Shown piece by piece: positions 7,372-17,560 of a DNA stretch of 64,000 nucleotides. Both the position numbers and the translations under genes were made by a program. The notes below the pieces were generated by a model. It was not told the origin of the DNA. It ran no database searches and was given only the letters and a program-made list of their open reading frames with translations. Every line of letters starts with the position of its first letter. The first letter of the stretch is position 1. Source of the DNA: Nitrospinaceae bacterium (GTDB lineage: Bacteria; Nitrospinota; Nitrospinia; Nitrospinales; Nitrospinaceae); contig OZ245011.1 in assembly GCA_965223665.1 (NCBI GenBank), forward strand, positions 1,856,001-1,920,000. Direction: 5' to 3'.

Positions 7372-10300
7372 TCAACTTTCAAGGGAACTCAGGTTTTTTG
7401 CCAGATATTCGTCAATGGTTTTTAAAAAATGGGGAATAGAAAATGGCTTCGTTATATAAGCTTCAAATCCACACGACAAAGCTTTTTTCTTATCCGTTTC
7501 CATTGCATTGGCACTCACAGCAATCACAGGGATATTTTTTGTTTCTTCATAAGATTGAAGATATTTGAATGCTGTAATCCCGTCTATTTCCGGGAGGTTT
7601 ATATCCATAAGAATTAATTCAGGCTGGTGTTTTTTTGCTAATTCAATACCTATATCTGCTTTGCCGGCTGAAACAAAGCGAATTTCATCACGATTAGATA
7701 GTATTTCTTTTACAAGAAGATGATTAGCTGGATTATCTTCAATATAAAGCAGAGTAAACTTTTTATCAGCCGGCAAAATATTTTTTCTCACCTTGGGTTG
7801 CCCCATGGATACTGAATTTTTGTTTACAGGATTTTTTCCCATTGGAAAATTAACCATAAAACAACTTCCCTTGCCAGGCGTACTGTCTACCCCAATGGTT
7901 CCATTCATCATTTCAACTAAAGATTTTGTCAAAGAGAGACCTATCCCCGTTCCTTCAATCCCCGTGGTTTCGAAACCTATCCTATTAAAGGGCTCAAATA
8001 TTTCCTTCTGTTTTTCTTTTGAAATCCCTGGTCCTGTGTCACTAACTTTTATTTGAACCTGATCGCTTTCCATGAGGGAATAGTCAATTGAAATCGTCCC
8101 TCCTTCTTTGTTGTATTTAACTGCGTTGGAAAGTAAATTCAGCAAAACTTGTTTAAATCGAAGCCGGTCCACATTCACGAAAATTTCTTCGTTTGGGTCC
8201 ATCAGGTTAAAAATATCAATATCCCTCTTTTTCGCCATAGGGCGAAGCAGTGTTAAGGATTCCGAAACTATTTCTTTTAGATTTACATTTTCAATAGAGA
8301 AAGTTGTTTTGCCCGATTCTATGGATGCCAAATCAAGAATTTCATTGATGAGCGCCAATAAATGATTTCCCGCATTTATTATTTCTTTACATCTATCCTG
8401 CTGAGCAGGAGATAAGAGCATTTTGGAATCATTTTTTAATAACTGTCCAAATCCTAAAATTGCATTTAAAGGAGTTCGTAATTCATGACTCATGCTGGAT
8501 AAAAATTTAGATTTTGCGTAATTGGCTTTTTCGGCGTCTTCTTTGGTTTTGATTAATTGCTTTTCAATTTCTTTTCGTTCTGTTATATCTCGGACAATAC
8601 CCACAAAATATATTTTTTCCCCAATGACCATTTCATTAATTGCAAGATCCATAGGGAAAGTTTTTCCAGCTTTAGACAACCCTCTGACTTCGCGTCCAAT
8701 TCCAATTATTTTTGACTTTTTATTTGAAAGGTATTGTTTTAAATAGTTATCGTGATCTGAAGCATAGGGCTCCGGCGCTAGATATGAAATATTCTTTCCA
8801 ATAACCTCAGAAGCCTCATACCCGAAAATTCTTTCTGCACTTGAATTGAACGACTGAATGATTCCCTTGTCATTGATTGTGATCAGTCCGTCTGCAATAT
8901 TTTCGATTATCGAATTGAGCCTCACCTGATTTTCTGCTAATTGAACATTTGTGGAATTAAGTTCTTTAGTCCTTTCATTGACCAGTTGTTCAAGGTGATT
9001 TTGATACTCTTCCAATTCCTGCAAGTATTTTTTTTGCTCGGTAATATCCCGAATAATACAAACATAGAGCAAATGTTCCTCAACATGCATGGGCTTTATC
9101 CGCAATTCAACAGGGAACATGTTCTGATCTTTTTTTATTCCCATGCCTTCCAATTCTTTGGAGGGTTGGGACTCAGCCCATTGAATTAATTTTTTAATGA
9201 GAATATTTTCAGAGATTTTTTCCGAAATCGTAAAAAGACGGTTCAAATTCTTCCCAATAATTTCATTCGAACTGTAACCAAACATTTTTTCTGCAGCCGG
9301 ATTAAAGGATTCCACTACACCTTTTGGGTCGAAAATAGCTACTCCTTCTGTTAAATTATCTATGGTTGCAGAAATCAGTGCTTCATCTCTTAATAATTTT
9401 TCTTCCAGGGCTTCCAAATTGTGTTCTGAAATATCCAGACCAATTCTTTCTTCCTTATAATTCACCCGAAGAGGAAAAACTTTATTTATTCCCCATAAAA
9501 ATACATAGGCAGTACCAAAAGACCAAACGAAACAAATACCCACACCTTCCATTTGTACCCAAAGCTGTTCTAAAACACTGTTCCGGGACCCCCAGGAGGA
9601 GGGATCTCCAAATAATGCAACGGCTAAAGTTCCCCAAACCCCGTTAACACAATGAATGGGAATAGCGTTGACCACGTCATCGATTTTTTGTTTCTCTAAA
9701 AATTGGGTGGCAAAAAAACTTAAAAGACCCGCCACCAGCCCAATAATGATTGAGGATTGATCATCTACAATGTTACAGCAAGCAGTTATAGCCACTAAGC
9801 CCGACAAACTTCCGTTGATTAGAGTTTCCGGGCTGGGGCGTTTCAGTATTATCCAGGATATAAGGAGAGAAGATAAACTTCCGGAAATGCCGGCTAAAAG
9901 AGTATTGAGAATAATGTTGGGTACTTCTTGATTAAAATGTAAGGTACTTCCCCCGTTAAAACCAAACCATCCAATCCATAATAACAATCCGCCCAACACG
10001 GCCAGGGGAATATTATTCGGCTGAAAAAATTTCTTTTCACGATTATACCTTCCAGTTCGAGGCCCTAAAATAATTAATGCGGCCAGGGCGACCCATCCCC
10101 CAACACTGTGAACTACAGTCGACCCGGCAAAATCTATAAAACCTCTTTCCGCTAGCCAACCCACCGGCTGCCCGGATTCCAATCCCGCCCACGCCCAATG
10201 CCCAAATAGGGGATAAATAATTCCTGAAACTATCATCCCGATAATTAGATAGCCCAAAAACCGGACGCGTTCGGCGATTGCTCCTGAAATAATAGTGACC

Positions 10301-10626
10301 GCCGTCCCGCAAAACATCAACTCAAACAGAAAAAATGTTTTTTGCCAGGGATCATATATTTCGTTTAGGAAAAATCCAGTGGTGCCTAATAAACCGTTAT
10401 GGGAAACACCAAACAGGAGAGCAAAACCCCATATCCAAAAAATACTGGAAGAAATGGTAAGATCGGCAAAATTCTTTAGAGCAACATTGATTGCGTTTTT
10501 TCTTCTAACCAATCCCGCTTCAAGACAAGTAAAGCCCGCTTGCATAATTATTAGAAAACCAGTGCAAACAATAAGCCAAATTAAATCCTGATTGGAATAG
10601 ATTAAATTATTCAAAACTATGTCCAA
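7372..10626 (-). CDS. ammonium transporter (Amt)-PAS-PAS-hybrid histidine kinase-receiver fusion
   Basis: Amt motifs DFAGSTVVH, WIGWFGFNGGS, IDDVV..IPIH; two PAS domains; SHELRTPLNAILGF H-box; N/G boxes; REC (IEDN, LMDINLP, YITKP). Confidence 0.93.
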   Translation of the reverse strand: MDIVLNNLIYSNQDLIWLIVCTGFLIIMQAGFTCLEAGLVRRKNAINVALKNFADLTISSSIFWIWGFALLFGVSHNGLLGTTGFFLNEIYDPWQKTFFLFELMFCGTAVTIISGAIAERVRFLGYLIIGMIVSGIIYPLFGHWAWAGLESGQPVGWLAERGFIDFAGSTVVHSVGGWVALAALIILGPRTGRYNREKKFFQPNNIPLAVLGGLLLWIGWFGFNGGSTLHFNQEVPNIILNTLLAGISGSLSSLLISWIILKRPSPETLINGSLSGLVAITACCNIVDDQSSIIIGLVAGLLSFFATQFLEKQKIDDVVNAIPIHCVNGVWGTLAVALFGDPSSWGSRNSVLEQLWVQMEGVGICFVWSFGTAYVFLWGINKVFPLRVNYKEERIGLDISEHNLEALEEKLLRDEALISATIDNLTEGVAIFDPKGVVESFNPAAEKMFGYSSNEIIGKNLNRLFTISEKISENILIKKLIQWAESQPSKELEGMGIKKDQNMFPVELRIKPMHVEEHLLYVCIIRDITEQKKYLQELEEYQNHLEQLVNERTKELNSTNVQLAENQVRLNSIIENIADGLITINDKGIIQSFNSSAERIFGYEASEVIGKNISYLAPEPYASDHDNYLKQYLSNKKSKIIGIGREVRGLSKAGKTFPMDLAINEMVIGEKIYFVGIVRDITERKEIEKQLIKTKEDAEKANYAKSKFLSSMSHELRTPLNAILGFGQLLKNDSKMLLSPAQQDRCKEIINAGNHLLALINEILDLASIESGKTTFSIENVNLKEIVSESLTLLRPMAKKRDIDIFNLMDPNEEIFVNVDRLRFKQVLLNLLSNAVKYNKEGGTISIDYSLMESDQVQIKVSDTGPGISKEKQKEIFEPFNRIGFETTGIEGTGIGLSLTKSLVEMMNGTIGVDSTPGKGSCFMVNFPMGKNPVNKNSVSMGQPKVRKNILPADKKFTLLYIEDNPANHLLVKEILSNRDEIRFVSAGKADIGIELAKKHQPELILMDINLPEIDGITAFKYLQSYEETKNIPVIAVSANAMETDKKKALSCGFEAYITKPFSIPHFLKTIDEYLAKNLSSLES

Positions 10627-10791
10627 ATATTTTCGAAGTCAAACTTTTTAAACAGAAAAATATTCCATGGCCCCTACCCAGAGATGAGCTAAACCATTAA
10701 ATTATTTAAATTTACCTGAATTTTCATTGTAATTTATTATTAGACAAAGATGAATATTTTTATCAAACTTTGTCAAAATAATGGACCAGAC

Positions 10792-10809
10792 GTTCCAAAA
10801 TATTGGAAC
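10792..10809. promoter_or_regulatory. perfect inverted repeat in divergent promoter region
   Basis: GTTCCAA-AATA-TTGGAAC between the Amt-HK and FIST genes. Confidence 0.4.
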
Positions 10810-11004
10810 ACCGTAAAAGTTCCTGAAGCGGAAAATTGTTTGCGTTGGGTCAATTAAGGGGTAGCAGCCTATTATATATTTACATTCGGTTTCACTATAT
10901 TATAAAATAGATAGAACCCCGAAATGCCTTAGGGAAAGGCTGAATATTTCCACACCATCGTGTGTTTTGACTAAAGCATTACGAGAAAATTATAGGGAGA
11001 GGCT

Positions 11005-12147
11005 ATGAAGATTGAGCAAAGAGTTTGGACTGAAGAAAAAGGATGGAATTCTCCATCTTCCTCTTTATTTACCGAAAAAAGCCAACTGGTTATTTTATTT
11101 TGTGGCAGCAATATCGTAAAAAATGACAAGGTCTTAAACGAAGTTAAGGAAAGTTACCCAAACTCAACCATCGTGGGTTGTACTTCTGCAGGAGAAATTT
11201 TAGAAACTCAGGTTTATGATGACTCTCTGGTAGTCACTGCCGTGGTTTTTGAAAACACTCCCATTAGTTCCCATTTAGAAAAAATTGAGAGTCCCGAAAA
11301 TAGTTATCAAACCGGAAAAGATTTAATTCAAAAAATTCCTTCGGAAAACTTAAAACACGTCATAATTTTTTCAGAGGGAATCCATTTGAATGGGAGCGAA
11401 CTGGTCCGGGGAATCCGAGAGAATATCCCTGCCAACGTGGGTTTGTCCGGAGGACTTGCGGGGGACGGGATTTCTTTTAAAGAAACCTTTGTATTTTACA
11501 ATGGCGAGCCTATAAAAAACGGAGTGGTGGCAGTCGCTTTTTATGGAGACCGGATCCAGATTGGACATGGTTCCATGGGAGGATTCAGCCCCTTTGGACC
11601 CGAGCGATTGGTCACCAAATCCAAAGGAAATATTTTGTATGAACTGGATGACCAACCGGCCGTTGAATTGTATAAAAAATATCTGGGAGAAGAAAAATCC
11701 AAAGACCTGGCAACCAATCAATTCTTCTTTCCTTTAAGTTACCGAAACAAAGATATGGAAGAAAGTGTGGTTCGAACGATTTTAACCATTGACGAAGAAA
11801 ACAACTGCATGGTGTTTGCCGGGGATTTAAAAGAGGGTGGATATGCCAGGTTAATGAAGACCAATCCTTTTAAATTGGTGGAAGGATCAGATAAAGCGGC
11901 GCAATTCTGTGTGGACAGTTTAGATTCCGATACTCCAGACTTAGCCATCTTGATCAGTTGCGTGGGAAGAAAGATTATTTTAAAACAGAGAGTCGAAGAA
12001 GAAGTGGAAGCCGTTCGGTTCCATTTTAAAAATGGAATTTCTATGACGGGTTTTTATTCTTATGGCGAGATCGCCCAGTTTAATTTTATTAAGTCCTGTC
12101 AACTGCACAATCAAACTATGACAATTACCGTGTTCAAGGAAAATTAA
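11005..12147 (+). CDS. FIST-domain (FIST_N + FIST_C; NosP-like) signal transduction protein
   Basis: GCTSAGEI, GGLAGD, SCVGR, GFYSYGEI, HNQTMT motifs. Confidence 0.92.
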   Translation: MKIEQRVWTEEKGWNSPSSSLFTEKSQLVILFCGSNIVKNDKVLNEVKESYPNSTIVGCTSAGEILETQVYDDSLVVTAVVFENTPISSHLEKIESPENSYQTGKDLIQKIPSENLKHVIIFSEGIHLNGSELVRGIRENIPANVGLSGGLAGDGISFKETFVFYNGEPIKNGVVAVAFYGDRIQIGHGSMGGFSPFGPERLVTKSKGNILYELDDQPAVELYKKYLGEEKSKDLATNQFFFPLSYRNKDMEESVVRTILTIDEENNCMVFAGDLKEGGYARLMKTNPFKLVEGSDKAAQFCVDSLDSDTPDLAILISCVGRKIILKQRVEEEVEAVRFHFKNGISMTGFYSYGEIAQFNFIKSCQLHNQTMTITVFKEN

Positions 12148-12149
12148 AA

Positions 12150-13526
12150 TTGCATCGATTACTCGCTAAACAGGTCGACCGCTATTTAATGGATGGGAAT
12201 TTGTCCAAAGAAAACCTGGATAAATTTTTAGAAGCAGTGAGCGAAGCTTACGAGCAATCCGATGAAGACTACAAAACTCTGGAAGCGGCAATGGATCTTG
12301 CCTCCGAGGAGTTAACCGAAAGATACAATGCCCTTCACAAAGAAATTGATGCTAAGGAAAAAGCCGTACAGGCAGACCGCGCAAAAACTGATTTTCTCTC
12401 CAGAATGAGTCATGAATTACGAACTCCCATGAATGCCATTCTTGGATTTGGCCAACTGTTGGCAAGGGACTCGAAGGATCCACTGACTCCGCAGCAAAAT
12501 AAAAATATTCGAGAAATTTTAAAAGCCGGTAAGCACCTTCTTGAACTGATCAATGACGTTCTGGATTTATCCACCATTGAATCAGGAAAACTTTCCCTCT
12601 CTATTGAAAACGTAAACCTGTTCGAAGTGGTGAAAGAGTCTTTAGAACTGGTGATGCCTTCCGCTGAACAAAGAAATATCAGAATCATTAATGAAATCCA
12701 CTCCAATAACAATTCTTATGTAAAGGTCGACCGCACTCGATTTAAACAGGTCCTGCTGAATTTATTGACGAATGCGATTAAATATAATAAAGAAAATGGT
12801 CAGGTCATTATAAAGGTAGCTGATTCTGAACCTGAGCAATTTCTTGTCACCATTGAAGATACGGGAATAGGTATCCCTGAAAATCAGCATGAATATATTT
12901 TTGAGCCTTTCAATCGAATGGGGGCGGAAGAATCTTCTGTTGAGGGCATTGGCATTGGCCTGAGTATTTCCCACCGACTCTTACACCTTATGAAGGGGAA
13001 AATTGACTTTGAAAGTGAAGTCGGGAAGGGAACCACATTTTCTCTTCAATTAATCAAAGGAGAAGCTCCGGAATTACCTTGTCCGGAAACTACCGAACAA
13101 ACTTCTGAGAAAGATTGTGTATCCTCAGAAAACAATAAACTGGTCCTTTATATAGAAGACAACCCTGCCAATCTAAAACTGGTCGAAGAAATTTTTAAAG
13201 TACTGGATGGAGTTTCGCTTCTTACCGCTCCGCAGGCAGCCATGGGGATTGAGCTTGCCAAGAGCCATTTACCGGATTTAATTTTAATGGACATCAATCT
13301 TCCGGAAATGGATGGGCACACCGCCTTAAAGTTATTAAAATCTTATGAAGAAACGAAAGATATTCCCACCATCGCCATCAGCGCCAATGCCATGAAGGGA
13401 GATGTTGAAAAGGGACTGAAATCAGGATTCCTCAGTTACATCACCAAACCCATTCAAGTGGACACCTTCATCAGTACGCTTAAAAAATATTTGGACGAGT
13501 CGATCTACTCCAACCCCATCTCCTGA
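12150..13526 (+). CDS. cytoplasmic hybrid histidine kinase-receiver
   Basis: SHELRTPMNAILGF, NAIKYN, DTGIG, GIGIGL, REC domain; starts 2 nt after FIST stop. Confidence 0.92.
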   Translation: MHRLLAKQVDRYLMDGNLSKENLDKFLEAVSEAYEQSDEDYKTLEAAMDLASEELTERYNALHKEIDAKEKAVQADRAKTDFLSRMSHELRTPMNAILGFGQLLARDSKDPLTPQQNKNIREILKAGKHLLELINDVLDLSTIESGKLSLSIENVNLFEVVKESLELVMPSAEQRNIRIINEIHSNNNSYVKVDRTRFKQVLLNLLTNAIKYNKENGQVIIKVADSEPEQFLVTIEDTGIGIPENQHEYIFEPFNRMGAEESSVEGIGIGLSISHRLLHLMKGKIDFESEVGKGTTFSLQLIKGEAPELPCPETTEQTSEKDCVSSENNKLVLYIEDNPANLKLVEEIFKVLDGVSLLTAPQAAMGIELAKSHLPDLILMDINLPEMDGHTALKLLKSYEETKDIPTIAISANAMKGDVEKGLKSGFLSYITKPIQVDTFISTLKKYLDESIYSNPIS

Positions 13527-13842
13527 ATTGGGTTACATCCATTTGTTTTTCTTAAGAAACCTAAACTGAACCACAATTACAATGATCAGCAAACTACATG
13601 AAATGCAAACCTGTATTCTGCACCCGGAATTCCATCCACGTTGATTCCCAAAAGCCCTGTAAAAAATCAAAGGGGAAGGAATAGGACGGTTATGATGGAC
13701 AGCACATATGTTTTCCTATTAAGTTGTTTTGAAAATCGGTTCATCAAATCCTGCTGAGAGACCGGGGCCCGATTGCGATCCGAATCTATTTTTCAATATA
13801 TGAAACGATTCGATCACATTCCCGCTTTAAGATGGTTATTTT

Positions 13843-14496
13843 CTATTTGATTAAATTATTTTGAAATGCGTAACGCGTGATTTCTGAATTGCTGCTCAAA
13901 TTTAATTTCTTCAAAATATTAGTGCGGTGTGAGTTGGCGGTATTGATACTGATGGAAAGTTCACGAGCAATTTCTTTAATTTTTTTACCTGATGCAATCA
14001 TAAAAAAGATTTGATGTTCACGATTAGACAAAGTTTCATGGAGTAAACCATCTGAACTTTTTCCTAGATTCATTGCCAACTTTTCGCTAAGCGCTTGAGT
14101 AATGTATTTTTTCCCATCCGCCACCTTTCGAATGGCTTCTAATAACTGCTCTGGAGGGCAGGTTTTTGACAGATAAGCTGAAGCTCCTGAATTTATTAAT
14201 CGCAGTCCATATTGTTCCTCCTCAAAAATACTAAGTATAATAACGGGAAGTTCCGGATACTGAGTTTTTAGCTGAACCAAAACCTCGATCCCCGTTTTTC
14301 CCGGCATTTCAATATCCATTAACACTACATCGATTTCCAAGGTACGCAATTTATCTAAAACCTCAGAACCGTCTTCTGCTTCACCTGCGATTATAATACT
14401 CGAATCCTGAGAAAGAATATGGCGCAAACCATGCCGTACGACTGCATGATCATCTACAATTAACACCTTAATGAATTTTTCGAAATATGGGCTCAT
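13843..14496 (-). CDS. NarL/UvrY-family response regulator (REC + LuxR HTH)
   Basis: IVDDHAVVR, MDIEMP, YLSK, LSNRE...IARELSIS. Confidence 0.93.
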   Translation of the reverse strand: MSPYFEKFIKVLIVDDHAVVRHGLRHILSQDSSIIIAGEAEDGSEVLDKLRTLEIDVVLMDIEMPGKTGIEVLVQLKTQYPELPVIILSIFEEEQYGLRLINSGASAYLSKTCPPEQLLEAIRKVADGKKYITQALSEKLAMNLGKSSDGLLHETLSNREHQIFFMIASGKKIKEIARELSISINTANSHRTNILKKLNLSSNSEITRYAFQNNLIK

Positions 14497-15865
14497 AATT
14501 TTTTAAGGGTATGGAAACATGAAGAGTGGTCCCCTCTTGCGATTTTCCGTTTATATTAAATTTTCCTTTCCAATAATTAACGCGTTCTTCAATACCGAGT
14601 AATCCCAGAGATTCATAATTAGGGTACTGATATTTTTCAATTCCCACTCCGTTATCCATAATTTTTAAATTTAAATTTTCGCTATCAATTTGCAAAAGCA
14701 CTTCAATCTTGTTGGCCTTTGCATGTCGAGCTACATTGGTGAGAGCTTCCTGAAAAATTCTAAAAATTGAAGTCTTCAGGTTTTTATCCAATTTAACTTC
14801 CTTATTGGGTATATTGACATTGCATTGGATTCCCGTTCTTTGTTGATAGTCTTTCGCCTGCCATTCAATAGCTTCTGCCAACCCCAATACATCCAAAATC
14901 TGCGGCCTAAGTTCCGTTGCAATTCTACGGACTGAATTTATTGTGGTTTCGGTAAGTTCCTTCATCGACAATATTTTTTCATGCAAACAACCTGGGTCCT
15001 CTTTCAGATCATTCTCCAGGCAGGATAATTCCATTTTTAATCCAGTTAACATTTGCCCCAATTCATCATGAACTTCCCGGGCAATTCTGGTCTTTTCATC
15101 TTCTCGAATTGATTGCAGTTGATTGCTTAATTTCCGCAAACTTTCTCTTGAGTTCCTTAAATCTTGATCCGTACGCAGTCTTTCTTGAATTTCATTTTCT
15201 AAAATTTCATTTGTTTTCTTTAAATTTTGAAAATCTTTGGCCCGCAATTTTTCCAATTTATACAAAGTGATAACTACAAACAAGGCTAAAATAATTCCTG
15301 TAGTTATGAGAGCAAACTGAGTGAAACGAAATCGGTTTAAATCCTCTGCCATCACCTTTTGTAAATTTCTTTTGACTTCTTTTGCTTCCTTAAGAAAAAC
15401 AGCAAAAATGCGGTTGTATTTTTTATCGATTTCGGTCCCAGGTCCTGATGTTTCCCTTTGTGATAACCGAATTTTAGATATTTTTTTAAACTCAGATAAC
15501 CGTCTTATCAAATCTTTAACAATTGTCCGCATTTCTTTACTTTTGAGTGGCAAAATTATGGTTTCTTTATTTTCACCTCCCTGAAGTATTGCATTGGCAT
15601 ACCATTCGGCTTGAGCATAATGTTCCCAGACCAAATTTTCCTCAAATTCATCTCCGTTTAAAATTTCTTCAACCAAAAGATGGGCCATGGTCACATTTAA
15701 TTCCACCTCAACACTGGAATAAATTAGGGGAGCGTATAAGGTATTCATCCGAACCGCTTTGTTGTAACTATACACCATGGTTCCAACAATGATTAAGCCG
15801 ACAACGCCCATCAGAAAATAAGTACCCCAGGATATGGACAGATTTTTGATTTTGTGTTTAATCAT
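14468..15865 (-). CDS. membrane sensor histidine kinase (HisKA_3, NarX/UhpB type)
   Basis: Two TM helices, IAREVHDELGQ, LRP, QEALTNVARHA, DNGVG, LGLLGIEER. Confidence 0.92.
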   Translation of the reverse strand: MIKHKIKNLSISWGTYFLMGVVGLIIVGTMVYSYNKAVRMNTLYAPLIYSSVEVELNVTMAHLLVEEILNGDEFEENLVWEHYAQAEWYANAILQGGENKETIILPLKSKEMRTIVKDLIRRLSEFKKISKIRLSQRETSGPGTEIDKKYNRIFAVFLKEAKEVKRNLQKVMAEDLNRFRFTQFALITTGIILALFVVITLYKLEKLRAKDFQNLKKTNEILENEIQERLRTDQDLRNSRESLRKLSNQLQSIREDEKTRIAREVHDELGQMLTGLKMELSCLENDLKEDPGCLHEKILSMKELTETTINSVRRIATELRPQILDVLGLAEAIEWQAKDYQQRTGIQCNVNIPNKEVKLDKNLKTSIFRIFQEALTNVARHAKANKIEVLLQIDSENLNLKIMDNGVGIEKYQYPNYESLGLLGIEERVNYWKGKFNINGKSQEGTTLHVSIPLKNYEPIFRKIH

Positions 15866-15981
15866 GGTGAAGTCTGTAGAAGGTAAAGTTAAGAAGTTTT
15901 CCCTTCAAGAAATCCAAGTTTATTGCGTGAATTAAAATAATTCTGATTTTTTTATGGGTTAGTTTAAAAAAATTTTGGACT

Positions 15982-15996
15982 TAGGACAATCCCTGA
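15982..15996. promoter_or_regulatory. candidate NarL/LuxR-type operator
   Basis: TAGG-N7-CTGA in divergent region between HK and sensor gene. Confidence 0.35.
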
Positions 15997-16285
15997 CTCT
16001 TTTAAAAATTGTGTGATTTCTCTCTATAAAAGAGGAAAAAGATTTTAAGCCCTTAAGAAAGAATTACATAAAATTTTAAGGGCTTTTCTCTAGCAAAATC
16101 TATTAGATAGAAATCACAAAAATTGTTAGGTTGAAATCACTAATTTTGGGATTCCAGCAAAAATCTTTGAAATATATGGTGATACAAATACTTCAATTTT
16201 TGGTATGACAAGTTTGGGGTTGCAGGGAACTTCATACAAGCAATATTTAGGTAACCTAACGGTAGGTTTAAAGGAGATTGTAAGA

Positions 16286-17500
16286 ATGCCTGGATTTAAG
16301 GATTGGTCTTTGCCGAAAAAAATGGGATGGGCTTTTGGAATAAATGTTCTCATTCTCATTGCAGTTGTTTCAGTTGTCATTTTCCATACCAAAAGCTTGG
16401 AAAATGTCACAAAAAAAATCCATCAAATCCGTGTTCCCACCTCACATACTAGTATGGAGATGTTGAATGGTATCAATCATTCTTTGGCTGCTTTGAGAGG
16501 TTGGGTAATTTTGGGAGAAGAAAAATTTAAAAGTGAAAGAATTGTAGCGTGGAACGACCAAATCGAACCTTCATTAAATCGCATGACTACCCTATCCAAA
16601 CTGTGGACCAACCCTGAGAATAGAGAGCGGTTGAATAATATACAAAAGGACACCCATAATTTTAAGATTATTCAGGAAAAAATTGAGTCTATTGCACACA
16701 CGGCTCAAAATAATCCTGCAAAAAAAATGTTTTTTGAGGAGGTTGCTCCTTTAGAAACCCTCATAATGTTGGATTTAAAAAAAATGATTACTCAAGAAAT
16801 CCAAAACTCTATCCCTTCGTCCTTCGAAAAACTTCAAAAGTTAACAGAATTGGAAGTCACTTTTCCTTTGGTAATGACGAATGTGGACCAGTTTTTACTT
16901 TCTGGTAAAAAAGAGTTCAGGTCTTTGTTTTTTAAAAATTTGCAGAAATGTAATAAATTACTTTTGCAAGTGAAAAAAATTCAAACTACCTTTAGCAAAC
17001 CACAACAAGCCGCCCTTAATCAGTTTGAGCAGTCCTTTAAAAAATTTGATGCCAGTGTCAATAAGGTTATTTCTATTCGAGCAGGTGAAAAATGGAACCT
17101 TGCTCAATATGGGTTAGAAATTGAAGCCATTCCTACCGCTTTAAAAATTAAAGAGAACTTGAAAAGAATGGTGGAAAACCAGGACTTGCTTTTGAATGGG
17201 GATGTTGAAGACCTTTCAAAGAATATCCATTTCCTGGTGGTTGTCTTGGTATTGTTATTATTCTTATCCACTTTGTTAAGTGGATTAGTGGGCTCAAAAA
17301 TTACCAGGGATATTAAAGATCGTATTCGGACCTTAAGCACCCGCGCGACTAACCTTGCAATGGGCAAATATAGAAATAAGCCTTTGTCGGACGATTCTAA
17401 TGATGAGTTTGGGCAACTGTCCAACCATTTAAATACAATTATGAATAAATTAATTTCCACAAAAAAAAATGGAAATTTGGACAAAAACGGTTTGACGTAG
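16286..17500 (+). CDS. MCP-like periplasmic sensor + HAMP with no output domain
   Basis: TM-helical periplasmic domain-TM-HAMP (DEFGQLSNHLNTI), stop about 20 aa later; AAGGAG RBS before ATG 16286. Confidence 0.75.
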   Translation: MPGFKDWSLPKKMGWAFGINVLILIAVVSVVIFHTKSLENVTKKIHQIRVPTSHTSMEMLNGINHSLAALRGWVILGEEKFKSERIVAWNDQIEPSLNRMTTLSKLWTNPENRERLNNIQKDTHNFKIIQEKIESIAHTAQNNPAKKMFFEEVAPLETLIMLDLKKMITQEIQNSIPSSFEKLQKLTELEVTFPLVMTNVDQFLLSGKKEFRSLFFKNLQKCNKLLLQVKKIQTTFSKPQQAALNQFEQSFKKFDASVNKVISIRAGEKWNLAQYGLEIEAIPTALKIKENLKRMVENQDLLLNGDVEDLSKNIHFLVVVLVLLLFLSTLLSGLVGSKITRDIKDRIRTLSTRATNLAMGKYRNKPLSDDSNDEFGQLSNHLNTIMNKLISTKKNGNLDKNGLT

Positions 17501-17560
17501 TTTGATTCAATATGGTTTTAAAATCTAATCCGTAATTTATCAATTTTTTAGAAAGACCTT

